Shown in pieces: positions 48,293-57,484 of a stretch of DNA of 64,000 bases. This DNA is from a virus (taxonomy: Duplodnaviria > Caudoviricetes). Numbering within the stretch: position 1 is the stretch's first letter; each line of letters starts with the position of its first letter. Below the pieces are notes generated by a model, which saw only the letters and a program-made list of their open reading frames with translations, had not been told where the DNA came from and did no database searches. The position numbers were made by a program, and so were the translations under genes. The stretch lies in IMG/VR virus record IMGVR_UViG_3300037722_000745, positions 259,175 to 323,174 of that record, one strand, 5' to 3'.

Positions 48293-48471
48293 CAGAGAAT
48301 GCAGAACAGAAGACCTAGGATCGTCACCGCTACGATGTTGTAACGGCAGTGGCGGCGCCGTTCCAGCTCACCACGCTCACAAAACTCACACGTCCTGGGG
48401 ATTTCGTTGAAGCCCCCAGAGGCCGTCAAACCACTGTCCTGACACCATTCGCAGTCAGGTTCCCGAAGCAT
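48259..48471 (-). CDS. Small zinc-finger plus TM protein
   Basis: CEWCQDSG...CEFC; C-terminal hydrophobic helix. Confidence 0.55.
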   Translation of the reverse strand: MLREPDCEWCQDSGLTASGGFNEIPRTCEFCERGELERRRHCRYNIVAVTILGLLFCILWWLQWGNDLAR

Positions 48472-48570
48472 CTTTCAAGATCCGATCCGCCACGAAGTCC
48501 ATGAGGGCGCAGTCCATGTGGAATTCGATGTTCGATAGAGGCTCCCAGGCGAGCTTGCGCTCTGCGGAAG

Positions 48571-48885
48571 TCACGGCTCGTCCTTGAGATCTTCGACGGC
48601 CTTTCGCAAGCTGCCCATGAACCTCCGGGCTTTGGCCGAGACTCGCCCGGCTTCCTTCCGTACCGTATCTGCCGCCCGCTCGGCCCCCATGGTGGCTTCC
48701 TCGACGACTTGGCCGATCTCTTCGACCACGTCCTCGAAGGGCGTTCGCCGGTCCTGGAGCTTCCGCCGGTCCTCGATCATGTGGGCGACGGCGGCCCGCA
48801 GCTCGTTGTGTTCAGGGTTGTCCGCGAGGGTTTTGAGAGCGTTCTGGACACGTGCTTCGATGAGGTCTTCGGGGCGGTCTGGCAT
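48571..48885 (-). CDS. Helical hypothetical protein
   Basis: CGGTGTAAT 8 nt before ATG. Confidence 0.7.
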   Translation of the reverse strand: MPDRPEDLIEARVQNALKTLADNPEHNELRAAVAHMIEDRRKLQDRRTPFEDVVEEIGQVVEEATMGAERAADTVRKEAGRVSAKARRFMGSLRKAVEDLKDEP

Positions 48886-48939
48886 GGGTGGTAATTACAC
48901 CGCCGAAGATGCTTCAATGCTTTCGCTCAGGGGGAAACC

Positions 48940-50094
48940 ATGCCCCACGCCACCCGCGTCATCGAGCGCTTCCTCGAAGCCTCCCTGCCTCGCCGCAAAA
49001 AAGCCCTTGCAGATAGCGAGGTTGCGGAGCTGAAGCGGCACTTGTTCAACTTCCAGAAGCTGCTCGACTCCCTCGCCAAAGAGGCGGAGTCCGTCGAGGC
49101 CAACCCTGAGGATTACGGTGCCCAGGTGAGCGCCGGGGCCGCAGTCCGAGCCACCTTCCACTTCGCCAAGCAGTACGGGATCGAAATGCTCGTACTGACT
49201 GTCCTGCGGGGCTACCAGTTGACCCCCAAGCAGCGGAAGATTCTGGAACGCGGCGCCCGCACCCTCGCCAAGCGCCAGATGAACCGGATCAAGCCCGACA
49301 AGGCCGTAGCGGTCTTCACCAAGTTCACCAACCAACTGGTCGAACTCTACGAAACCACCAAAGAGGTGATCGAGCGAGGCCGCTTCCACACGGAGGAAGG
49401 CGACACCACACTCAAAGCCGGCCCCTTCACGCTGATCAACACGGGCGGCTTTTCCGAAAAGCAGATGGAAGATGTCGCCAAGGTTGTCGAGAAGGCCGCG
49501 CAACAGCTCTCCCGCGTGGGACTTTCCCGGGTCTGTTACGGCAACATCCAGGTCACCAACACCATCGGCCGCTCCGCCCGCATCCTGGCCTTCTACCTCA
49601 AGGGCCGGGACGAACTGTTCGTTCGGGCCAACCTACGGGGCTCCCAAGCGCCGGCCGTCGCCAGCGTGATCCATGAACTCGGCCACCGCCTCCACTTCAA
49701 GTTCCTCGCCGGCAAGGACCGCCAGATCCAGGAGATCTACGAGGTCATCGCGGACCGCAACCGCCAAGCCCTATGGGACATGCGACAGGATCCCTCCAAG
49801 CGACCGAAGCCCGGCGACACCATCCCCGAAGGCCGCAAGACCTGGGTGGTCGGCCCGGAAGGCGTGCAGGTCAACTCCCGCGGGCAGGCCGGCGTCATCG
49901 TCGAGCTTCAGAGCGACCCCAAGAAGCGAGCCATCATCCGGTTGGAGGAATGGTTCAAGCAGAAGGGAGACCTCGCGTTCGTATCCCCCTACGCAGAGAA
50001 GAACCACGAGGAAAACTTCGCCGAGATGGTTGCCCACTACGCCCTAGGCACCCTCCCCGACGATCAAGAGCCGTTGCTCAAGAACGTTCTCTAG
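48940..50094 (+). CDS. Zincin metallopeptidase (lethal-factor/MPTase-like) with RVxxRFLxA N-terminal motif
   Basis: VIHELGHRLH...VSPYAEKNHEENFAE; N-terminus MPHATRVIERFLEAS. Confidence 0.8.
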   Translation: MPHATRVIERFLEASLPRRKKALADSEVAELKRHLFNFQKLLDSLAKEAESVEANPEDYGAQVSAGAAVRATFHFAKQYGIEMLVLTVLRGYQLTPKQRKILERGARTLAKRQMNRIKPDKAVAVFTKFTNQLVELYETTKEVIERGRFHTEEGDTTLKAGPFTLINTGGFSEKQMEDVAKVVEKAAQQLSRVGLSRVCYGNIQVTNTIGRSARILAFYLKGRDELFVRANLRGSQAPAVASVIHELGHRLHFKFLAGKDRQIQEIYEVIADRNRQALWDMRQDPSKRPKPGDTIPEGRKTWVVGPEGVQVNSRGQAGVIVELQSDPKKRAIIRLEEWFKQKGDLAFVSPYAEKNHEENFAEMVAHYALGTLPDDQEPLLKNVL

Positions 50095-50300
50095 GTATCA
50101 CAAGCCACACAAGGGCACGGCGAAGCGCGCAGGTCCGGTTGCACGTAATGGCCTTTGGTGGCCTCCAGGAGAGCCCTGCGGACCTCGCAGTCCTCCGACG
50201 CCGGCTCGTAGGCTATCTCGCAACGTACGAGCCGTAGGCACGTCTGATAGGGCAGCTCGGTGGCCCGCTGCACCTTCCGAGCCCGACTCTTAACGCTCAT
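50091..50300 (-). CDS. Small Cys-containing protein
   Basis: ORF; start inferred. Confidence 0.45.
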   Translation of the reverse strand: MSVKSRARKVQRATELPYQTCLRLVRCEIAYEPASEDCEVRRALLEATKGHYVQPDLRASPCPCVACDT

Positions 50301-50655
50301 GGGAGAATCGTTCGCGAGCCCCACGCTCGATGGCGGCTCGAATCTGTTCATCCGTGAGGGGTGGAATCTTCGCCAGTTCCTCTGGCGGCAGCGGCTGAAG
50401 TGGGTGTGGCTTCGTCATCAACGAAGGTTTTTTCGGTCGCGAGGTCATACGACCCCGAGGTCTTCGTCTTCGGGGAGATCCTTCGGCATGATCGCCCCAC
50501 GGCCGTCAAACAGGTTTCGGCTCCACAGGCCGCTAGCCCGAGCGGCGTTTCGGGTGCGTTGGTAGCGGCCCCACCGGATCTCGTCGTCCCACCGTCCATA
50601 GGTGGCGTTGCCCAGCAAGTGGATCAACCGGGCCGAAGGTCCGCCTTGCCTGGGG

Positions 50656-50844
50656 TCACTCCCATCCCATCTCTATACACCGGCGCTTGTGGGCGACGTG
50701 CATGTCCGGTCTGGCGAAGGTCGGATCCATCAGGCACATCATGAGCGCCGTCGACAGATCCTTTCGGTTGTCGCAGGTCGCGAACATCTTGCAGGCGGTC
50801 TCGTACGTCTCAGGATTCTCGGGTTGGTAACTGTCGCCGTACAT
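50656..50844 (-). CDS. Small hypothetical protein
   Basis: Directly follows LuxR-type gene. Confidence 0.5.
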   Translation of the reverse strand: MYGDSYQPENPETYETACKMFATCDNRKDLSTALMMCLMDPTFARPDMHVAHKRRCIEMGWE

Positions 50845-51069
50845 TCAGTCCTCGTCCTCATTTGGGTGCAGCATCCCCAGCTCCAGCGCGAGCCGCATCA
50901 GATCCTCACGGTTCCGCAGCCCGAGTTTCTGTCCGACTCGCGTCCGGTACGTTTCGACGGTTTTGATCGAGATGTCCATCTGCCGTGCAATCTTGGCCTG
51001 GCTCAGCCCACGGACGAAGTAACTCAGAGCTTCGCGCTCCCGAGGCGTCAAGAGCTTCAGATCTCGCAT
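50845..51069 (-). CDS. Stand-alone LuxR/GerE-type HTH regulator
   Basis: LTPREREAL...IARQMDISIKTVETYRTRVGQKLGL. Confidence 0.85.
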   Translation of the reverse strand: MRDLKLLTPREREALSYFVRGLSQAKIARQMDISIKTVETYRTRVGQKLGLRNREDLMRLALELGMLHPNEDED

Positions 51070-51368
51070 CTCGGGGTAGCATGGCTACAAGGGCACTACG
51101 CAGCTTCCAAGTGGGCCTTCACCGCTTGTGCTGCAACCTCCCATGCGACTCGAATCCCCTCCGGCAACTCGCCCCAAGGAGGGGTCTTTTGGCCTTGGAA
51201 ATTAACTCCACCTCGGGACTCGTTGTAGGCATCGAACGCGATCTGACCCAGCGATTTTGTTTCCATACTAGAGACCTCCGTGCGGCGCGGAATAACAACA
51301 CCATTGGAAGAACATTAGAGTTGGTCGATTTAGATTTCGACCGTCGAGTTAAGTGCTACACACCACGC

Positions 51369-51623
51369 ATGGAGAGAGACACCGTGGTCGTGCGCCTCCA
51401 AGACGCGTTGTGTGAAACGCAAGAAGAGTTGCGTTGCGTGCCTTGGCTCATTGGCGCGTTGCGGTACATCTCCGCCGGAGACTGCGCTTACAAGTACAGC
51501 GCGGAAGAAGCTCGTGAAGCTGAGTGTACCTGCTACCCTTGCGTCGCACGTGGAGCACTCTTTCGATTCGTCTCGCGCCAGCCTTTACCACCGAGGCAGG
51601 AGTACGGGGAGTTTGAGTTCTAG
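51369..51623 (+). CDS. Small Cys-containing protein
   Basis: CTCYPCVAR; start inferred. Confidence 0.5.
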   Translation: MERDTVVVRLQDALCETQEELRCVPWLIGALRYISAGDCAYKYSAEEAREAECTCYPCVARGALFRFVSRQPLPPRQEYGEFEF

Positions 51624-51637
51624 CTGTATATACAGCA

Positions 51638-52213
51638 TCACCCGTTGAGGATACGATCCGCCATCCCTTGGTAGAGACCTCGGATGCTTTGGTAGATCAT
51701 CTCGAAGGTGTCTGCGAGCAGGTCCCCAAGGATCCAGAGCAGGGCGCTGATCGGCCAGTAGGCGATCCACCCCATGATGCGTGTCTTGTAGTCGCTCACA
51801 TCAACTTTCGGCTTGCCCTCTACGAGCTTGAGATGCTTGCGGAGCAACTCGTATGGCAAGTTCAACTCCTTTGCTAGGCTGTCCGGCTCCATGTCCGGGT
51901 TATTCTTCCGCCATTCGCGGTAGGCGTTCCGAATCTTAACCAGGATTCGGACCCACTTTGCCGTCGCCCACGTGATCCCGAGAAGCAGATACCCGCCAAC
52001 CCACCACAACGCGAGCAAAGGGTTGACTTGCAATTGCGCCCAGATGTCGAGGATCGGAATATGCCCCGTCATCGACATCAGAAACACCAAGAACAGCACG
52101 TCGAACGTGGCCCACCCAAACGAATCGCGGTAGATACACGTCGCGAGGATGCTCAGGGTCACAATCCAGGCGGCCCAGAACCAAAACCCGACCAGGGGGA
52201 AGAGGACAATCAT
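51638..52213 (-). CDS. Multi-pass membrane protein
   Basis: 3-4 hydrophobic segments; CGGTGTAGA 9 nt upstream. Confidence 0.75.
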   Translation of the reverse strand: MIVLFPLVGFWFWAAWIVTLSILATCIYRDSFGWATFDVLFLVFLMSMTGHIPILDIWAQLQVNPLLALWWVGGYLLLGITWATAKWVRILVKIRNAYREWRKNNPDMEPDSLAKELNLPYELLRKHLKLVEGKPKVDVSDYKTRIMGWIAYWPISALLWILGDLLADTFEMIYQSIRGLYQGMADRILNG

Positions 52214-52234
52214 GATGTCCTATCTACACCGACA

Positions 52235-52396
52235 CTAGATGAGATCTTCGAGCGCCGCTTGTCGTTGGACGAGCTGAACCTTCAGAGCCTGGATTTCACG
52301 AGTCAACTCCGCCCGACGTTCTGCCAGGCAACGCCGGCAGTACCCATGTTTGGTGGGTCGTTCTCCGCAACCAGTGACGCACGATTCGGTCACCAT
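52235..52396 (-). CDS. Small zinc-finger/coiled-coil protein
   Basis: CVTGCG...HGYCRRC. Confidence 0.5.
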   Translation of the reverse strand: MVTESCVTGCGERPTKHGYCRRCLAERRAELTREIQALKVQLVQRQAALEDLI

Positions 52397-52713
52397 AGAC
52401 CCGCTACTCGTCCTCCGAACCCCACTACGACCGCGGCTACTAGCAGCCAGGGCCACAGCTTTGGGGGTGCCTTCAGTGCTTGGTGCGTCGCCGGAGGCGG
52501 GATCGTCCTCATGGGCTGCAACCGCGGGATCGTTGATTCCAATTCCTCGCGACTCGCCCCCGACTGCTGAAGCAGTTCGTCTACATGGCTCGGAGTCATC
52601 CGGACGGTCTCTTCCTGATCGCGAGGGACTCGCCGTGGCTTTTGACTGTGCCGCGGCCGGTCCTCTTTCGGGACCGGGGTGGGCACCCGGAGTTCATCCT
52701 CCTTCTTTGCCAT
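52390..52713 (-). CDS. Protein with C-terminal TM; paralog of 55260-55472
   Basis: MAK...RVPTPV...ETVRMTPSHVDELL. Confidence 0.65.
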   Translation of the reverse strand: MAKKEDELRVPTPVPKEDRPRHSQKPRRVPRDQEETVRMTPSHVDELLQQSGASREELESTIPRLQPMRTIPPPATHQALKAPPKLWPWLLVAAVVVGFGGRVAGLW

Positions 52714-52728
52714 GGCCGAAGACCTCCC

Positions 52729-52959
52729 TTAGCGTTTCAGGTACGCGTCCACCTCATCCTGCACCGTGACGAGCCACTCGTCGTTCATCTCACGGCTTTT
52801 CAAAAAAGCATCCCCCATGTTGTCGAAAGGCTCGCCCACAAGCGTCTCCCACCCCTCCAACATACCCACCTTCTTCACGCTGTAGCGCATCTCCAGCATG
52901 GGAGGATCGTTCAGTAGGTACTTCGGCTCGGCCCCGCCGTCTACGATCTGGAACCTCAC
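52729..52959 (-). CDS. Small hypothetical protein
   Basis: GTGA overlap. Confidence 0.55.
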   Translation of the reverse strand: MRFQIVDGGAEPKYLLNDPPMLEMRYSVKKVGMLEGWETLVGEPFDNMGDAFLKSREMNDEWLVTVQDEVDAYLKR

Positions 52960-53555
52960 GGCAAACCACCTCGGATTCGGAAGTGGCCGTCATCGAGGAC
53001 TTCGACATCCCGTCGGCCGCACAGCATCACTCGAACGACTTCGCCGTCCAGGGTACCCCTCATGTCAGCGATCCGCATGAAGGCGACGCCGAACCCCGCC
53101 GCGTTGAAGAGGCCGTCGTCGCCGCCGAAGGCTTTGGCCGCCTGTCGCATAGCAAGGCCGATCACATCGCTGTGTCGACTCGGACGCCGCGGACGCTTCT
53201 CTCGCTCCCGCAGAGTTCGCTGGCGCTCGCTCTCGTTGGTGAAAGGGCGGTAGGTCGTCGCGATCTGATAGACGGAATTGTCGAACTCGGGTTCCCCGGT
53301 CTCGGGGGCATCCGAATCCGGAGCCTTACCTAGCATCATGGCGTCGTACCGTGACCACTTGGGGCGGCTCCCATGCCCTGAGACCCAGTGGACGCCGGCC
53401 ACCGGCTGGTTGTAGGGGGCGTTGGTGACCTCATCCATCCACTCCCCAAGGCGACGTATCTGTTCGCGCGTGGCTCGAACCGGGATGGCGAAGGACAGGT
53501 CGAGGGCGGACACTTCGATGGTGTCGTCAGGCGGCGGGGCTACACGGTCGTCCAT
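52956..53555 (-). CDS. Hypothetical protein; paralog of 55629-56252
   Basis: Long identical peptide blocks shared with paralog. Confidence 0.8.
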   Translation of the reverse strand: MDDRVAPPPDDTIEVSALDLSFAIPVRATREQIRRLGEWMDEVTNAPYNQPVAGVHWVSGHGSRPKWSRYDAMMLGKAPDSDAPETGEPEFDNSVYQIATTYRPFTNESERQRTLREREKRPRRPSRHSDVIGLAMRQAAKAFGGDDGLFNAAGFGVAFMRIADMRGTLDGEVVRVMLCGRRDVEVLDDGHFRIRGGLP

Positions 53556-53595
53556 ACGGCCCTTTTACACCGACTACATGCCGACGCTCATCTAC

Positions 53596-54069
53596 TCAGC
53601 CCTTGAGCCACCAAGAAAGGGGCTCCGGAAAACGTGGGTCCCGTGTCAAGGTATAGGCCGCTCGCAGTAGTTCGGCGACGATTGGCACGACCGGGTTCGT
53701 CATGTCCAGGCCGTCACCGAACGGTAGCTTGGCCATGACCTTGATGGGGCTCTCGACTAAGCCGGCTTCGATAGGCACCGCGTGGATGACGAGGGCGGCG
53801 GGTGGCTCGAAGACCGACTCGTAATCGGCTTCGGTCGGGAAACGGTGCCACACGGCGAGCCGCTGGTTGTTCGGGCCATGCACCGAGAGTCCGATCGCCC
53901 CCGGCGCTTGTGGGCGACTCCGGCACCGCTCGAACGTGCCGTCCGTATCGGAACGGATCGGGAACTCTGGTTCATCCGGGCACGTGGCGGCACAGAATTG
54001 CGCGTAAAGGCACAGCGGGATCCCCGCAAGGTCCAACGACCGGGGTTCAGTAGTGATTGGTTCAGGCAT
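53596..54069 (-). CDS. Hypothetical protein
   Basis: Operon-coupled. Confidence 0.6.
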   Translation of the reverse strand: MPEPITTEPRSLDLAGIPLCLYAQFCAATCPDEPEFPIRSDTDGTFERCRSRPQAPGAIGLSVHGPNNQRLAVWHRFPTEADYESVFEPPAALVIHAVPIEAGLVESPIKVMAKLPFGDGLDMTNPVVPIVAELLRAAYTLTRDPRFPEPLSWWLKG

Positions 54070-54071
54070 GG

Positions 54072-54431
54072 TCAGTCCGCAAGGTACCTCACCGAGACCG
54101 GCCAGCCCCGGTCCTGCAAGTAGGTTGCCGCGGTCTCCATCGCGACCGTGTTCGTGGCCCCCTGCCCCACACCGTCGATCTCCAACGACAGGCGGTAGCT
54201 CGTCCCGATCTTCGAGCCAAGCTGACCGCCGCCGTCCACGATGGCCTCCAGAAGGTTCTCGCTCTTGCGAACGATCGGCGAGCCCTTGCCCGTCCGTAGC
54301 ACGAGGTGATCGAGATTGGCCGTCCCACCATCCTCCATACCTTCGATGGCCTGCTCCGCTCGCTTGCGAGCCTCTCGCAGATCCCCAGCGAGTTGATCCA
54401 GAGTCAGCCGGTGGTTGGGGCCCGTGCTCAT
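54072..54431 (-). CDS. Hypothetical protein
   Basis: ATGA overlap. Confidence 0.6.
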   Translation of the reverse strand: MSTGPNHRLTLDQLAGDLREARKRAEQAIEGMEDGGTANLDHLVLRTGKGSPIVRKSENLLEAIVDGGGQLGSKIGTSYRLSLEIDGVGQGATNTVAMETAATYLQDRGWPVSVRYLAD

Positions 54432-55225
54432 TCCGAAACGACCCTCACTTTCGACTCGGCTAGGTTCCGGACTGTTTGGACAGCCGCGACAGCCGCGTCC
54501 AGATCCACGGTTTGCTCGAACCAGAGGGTGTCGTGGTAGATTCCGCAGATAGGGTGATCCGCCTCGTGCACCGCTTCCGCGGCTGTTGTCACGATGTTGC
54601 TCACAAGTTGTTGGATCCTGCGAACCCGCGTCCTGCGATCCGGAGTTGCCTGACGGTACGACCGAAGCTCTGAAGCATACCGTTGCTCCACTCGGTGTGT
54701 CACCGTCGGAAACCGCGGGCGACCGGCCTCGTATAGGGCCTCAAACACCCCGTACTTGGTCGCTTCTCGCGTTTGGTTCAGCCGCTTCGACAACTCCAAA
54801 TATACATCCTTCCCCGCTTCATACCAGGCGCAGACTTCATCGATCTGCGCGGTCTTTGCCGTGACATACAGCTCCAGGGATGGGAAGGTCACCGACCGGA
54901 CTTGAAAACAAGGCTGCACGTCACGCTTGAGATTGAGCACGTTGGGTTGAGCCGCCATCCAGCGCCCCGTCTCCAACCGCCGCCAACGGGGGTGGACTCG
55001 CCCACACCGGACGAAGCTCAAGAAGATCGCCGGCAGACGTCCCGGCATGAACTGCGGCCCTATCTGGCGGAAATGCTCCACGTCGAGCGGGATCCCCCGC
55101 TGCGTCATCGCATCTGCCAACGGGAGCTGGTCAGGCCCCTTGAAATGCCTGCACCTCGGGTTGGGGCACTCGACGGCCGAGAACCCAACGTACGCTGCCG
55201 ATGATCCACACCCAGGGCAGGTCAT
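54428..55225 (-). CDS. Miniature, degenerate family-A DNA polymerase-like protein with N-terminal zinc ribbon
   Basis: MTQRGIPLD, GRVHP...TGRW...PNVLNL, VTFPSLEL (motif A, Asp lost), REATK..F..LY (B), YHDTL (C). Confidence 0.7.
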   Translation of the reverse strand: MTCPGCGSSAAYVGFSAVECPNPRCRHFKGPDQLPLADAMTQRGIPLDVEHFRQIGPQFMPGRLPAIFLSFVRCGRVHPRWRRLETGRWMAAQPNVLNLKRDVQPCFQVRSVTFPSLELYVTAKTAQIDEVCAWYEAGKDVYLELSKRLNQTREATKYGVFEALYEAGRPRFPTVTHRVEQRYASELRSYRQATPDRRTRVRRIQQLVSNIVTTAAEAVHEADHPICGIYHDTLWFEQTVDLDAAVAAVQTVRNLAESKVRVVSE

Positions 55226-55259
55226 ACTTAGTCGGTGATAATATACACCGGTGGTGGCG

Positions 55260-55472
55260 TTATCCCAGCAACCAAGACCACCATCGGCGCTTGGGGGGTG
55301 ATGGGGCTTCGTCCGACTTGTCTAGAATCAAAATGTCTGGCTTAGGTTTCGATGCTCGAATCAGCTCCTCCATCTGGGAGGGCTCCAGTCGGATCGTGTC
55401 GAGATCCCTCTGTGTTTCAGGGGGCAAGGATTCCCGACATACAGGAGAAGGTACTCGAGAACTTTTCGCCAT
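55260..55472 (-). CDS. Small protein; paralog of 52390-52713
   Basis: MAK..RVPSPV...DTIRLEPSQMEELI. Confidence 0.6.
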   Translation of the reverse strand: MAKSSRVPSPVCRESLPPETQRDLDTIRLEPSQMEELIRASKPKPDILILDKSDEAPSPPKRRWWSWLLG

Positions 55473-55628
55473 AATACCAAACCCTCGATTTTTTGCGGGA
55501 GCAAGTTGTTTCGCTCTCTGATCTAGATCCTTTCACTCAAAGATTCTAGAGGAAAGCCTACCTCCCTTTCCTAATCTGCCCGTCAACGCGGCGAGGGCTG
55601 CCTTTCAGAGCCTAGATCTCTCGTGCCT

Positions 55629-56252
55629 TTACGGCAAGCCGCCCCGGATTCGGAAGTGGGCATCGTCGTCCAGGATATCAACATCCCGCCGCCCGCAAAG
55701 CATCCCTCGGACTACCTCTCCGTCCAAGGAGCCCCTCAAGTTCATGATCCGCATGAAGGCGACGCCGAACCCCGCCGCGTTGAAAACCCGGTCGGTCCCT
55801 CCAAAGGCTTGAGCCGCTTGCCGCATCGCGATTCCGATCACGTCACTGCGTCGGCTTGGCTTCGGAGATCGCTCCCGCTCCCGAAGGACTCGCCGTTGTT
55901 CGGCCTCCGAAGCGAAACTACGAGCGCTCGTTTCGACTTGATAGATAGAGTTGTCGAAATCGGGCTCACCATACTCTGGAGCGTCTGGATCCGGAGTCTT
56001 GCCCAGCACCATCGCGTCGTGTCTCGACCACTTCGGGCGGCTGCCGTGGCTCGCAACCCAGTGTACACCTTGCTTGGGTTGATTGTAGAGAGCATTGGTC
56101 ACCTCGTCCATCCACTCTCCAAGCCGCATAGCTTGTTCTTGTGTCACCTCCACGGGGATCGCGAAGCTCAACTCAATGCCGGACACCTCGAAGGCACTCG
56201 GGGGTCGTGGGGCTACACGCTCGTCGGGGTTGAAGTCGTCGTAGAGGGTCAT
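55629..56252 (-). CDS. Hypothetical protein; paralog of 52956-53555
   Basis: TGGTGTAGT 9 nt upstream; high similarity. Confidence 0.8.
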   Translation of the reverse strand: MTLYDDFNPDERVAPRPPSAFEVSGIELSFAIPVEVTQEQAMRLGEWMDEVTNALYNQPKQGVHWVASHGSRPKWSRHDAMVLGKTPDPDAPEYGEPDFDNSIYQVETSARSFASEAEQRRVLRERERSPKPSRRSDVIGIAMRQAAQAFGGTDRVFNAAGFGVAFMRIMNLRGSLDGEVVRGMLCGRRDVDILDDDAHFRIRGGLP

Positions 56253-56310
56253 GCCCCCCTAACTACACCACTGTGGCATCCCTTAATCCACCAGTTGAGC
56301 CCCGGCGGGA

Positions 56311-56601
56311 ATGACCTACAGCTATGATCACCGATCAGCCGCCTCCATGCCGTCCGATTATACCCAAGCCAAGGAGCGGCGTGACGAGCTGGAAGCCGAA
56401 GTCTCCCAAATTGGCAAAAAACTCAAAGCGCTGTCCGGGGGTGGGGCGTTCAACCTCACTCCCGATTCCACCCAAGACACACCCGAATGGCAGAAGGCCA
56501 AGCGTGAGTACGACGACGCCTTCGCAGCCCTGCAGCGCTTCAACGCAGTCTTTGTGCGACGCTTCCGGAAGGAGATCCGGCAAGACCGTCGCCGACACTA
56601 G
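56311..56601 (+). CDS. Coiled-coil hypothetical protein
   Basis: 96 aa ORF. Confidence 0.6.
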   Translation: MTYSYDHRSAASMPSDYTQAKERRDELEAEVSQIGKKLKALSGGGAFNLTPDSTQDTPEWQKAKREYDDAFAALQRFNAVFVRRFRKEIRQDRRRH

Positions 56602-56700
56602 CCTCCAACCCAAGGGCACCGGCTGTTGAAACTCTGAGCGCTTCGTGGGACCCTGGTCCCACCACCTCAGAACTGGTGGGAATGGCGAGCAACCACTCCG

Positions 56701-56919
56701 ATGAAGACCCTGACTTGCCCTTCACATGTAGAAAACGGTTCTTGTCCCACCTGCGAATACGCACGGGAACTGGCAGTCTTTGTTTTAGACGAAGCGAGAA
56801 ATACCATCCTTCGTGAAATCACGGAGATAAGAGAGGGATCGCAGAAAGGCACCCTGATCGGCGGTCTTGAACGAGCTGCCGCCATCCTCCGGAGGTTCGA
56901 ACCCGGGATCCTAGACTAG
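56701..56919 (+). CDS. Small Cys/His protein
   Basis: CPSH...CPTC. Confidence 0.55.
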   Translation: MKTLTCPSHVENGSCPTCEYARELAVFVLDEARNTILREITEIREGSQKGTLIGGLERAAAILRRFEPGILD

Positions 56920-57023
56920 GACGGATCCAGATGCTGGTGTCGATTTCGGTCGTCTCGGGCACTTGAACGTTTGCAAGACGTGCGCCGTCAGGCTTGAGCA
57001 AGAGATGGTAGAAGAGATCGCTC

Positions 57024-57272
57024 GTGCTCCAACCCACAGGTAGGGGGCAATTTGAGACCCATGAGGGTGTCGTCAACTTCGACCCCGGAGCCTACCTCAA
57101 CCAAGACTCCAAAGGGCGGGTGTGGCCCATTGATGCGGCCACGTTCCGACGGGACTACAAGCTTTTGCTTGATCGTGTGGCAGATGAGTGCTGTCCCATG
57201 CTCCTCATGGGCATCGAACGTAACAATCCGCATCGTAGTCATGCTTCAACCTACACCGAACGTGCCTTTTGA
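57024..57272 (+). CDS. Small hypothetical protein
   Basis: 82 aa ORF. Confidence 0.45.
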   Translation: MLQPTGRGQFETHEGVVNFDPGAYLNQDSKGRVWPIDAATFRRDYKLLLDRVADECCPMLLMGIERNNPHRSHASTYTERAF

Positions 57273-57286
57273 AATCCACCTGGGTA

Positions 57287-57478
57287 TCAGTCCTCGGTTT
57301 CGCTGCCGTCGTACGTCCTGAGCGCCTCCGCACGGCCCAGAAAGACCGCCCAGGCGTCATGTATCCGTTGCTTGAAAAAGCCCGGCAGAGGGCGAGACAG
57401 GCGGTAGCAACCGTCCCGGCAAGCCACATGCGGCCAATCCTGAAGGTCTTGTACCCGAATCACACAGGCAGCATACAC
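57287..57478 (-). CDS. Small hypothetical protein
   Basis: Follows DUF4419-like gene. Confidence 0.5.
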   Translation of the reverse strand: MYAACVIRVQDLQDWPHVACRDGCYRLSRPLPGFFKQRIHDAWAVFLGRAEALRTYDGSETED

Positions 57479-57484
57479 CCCGCG

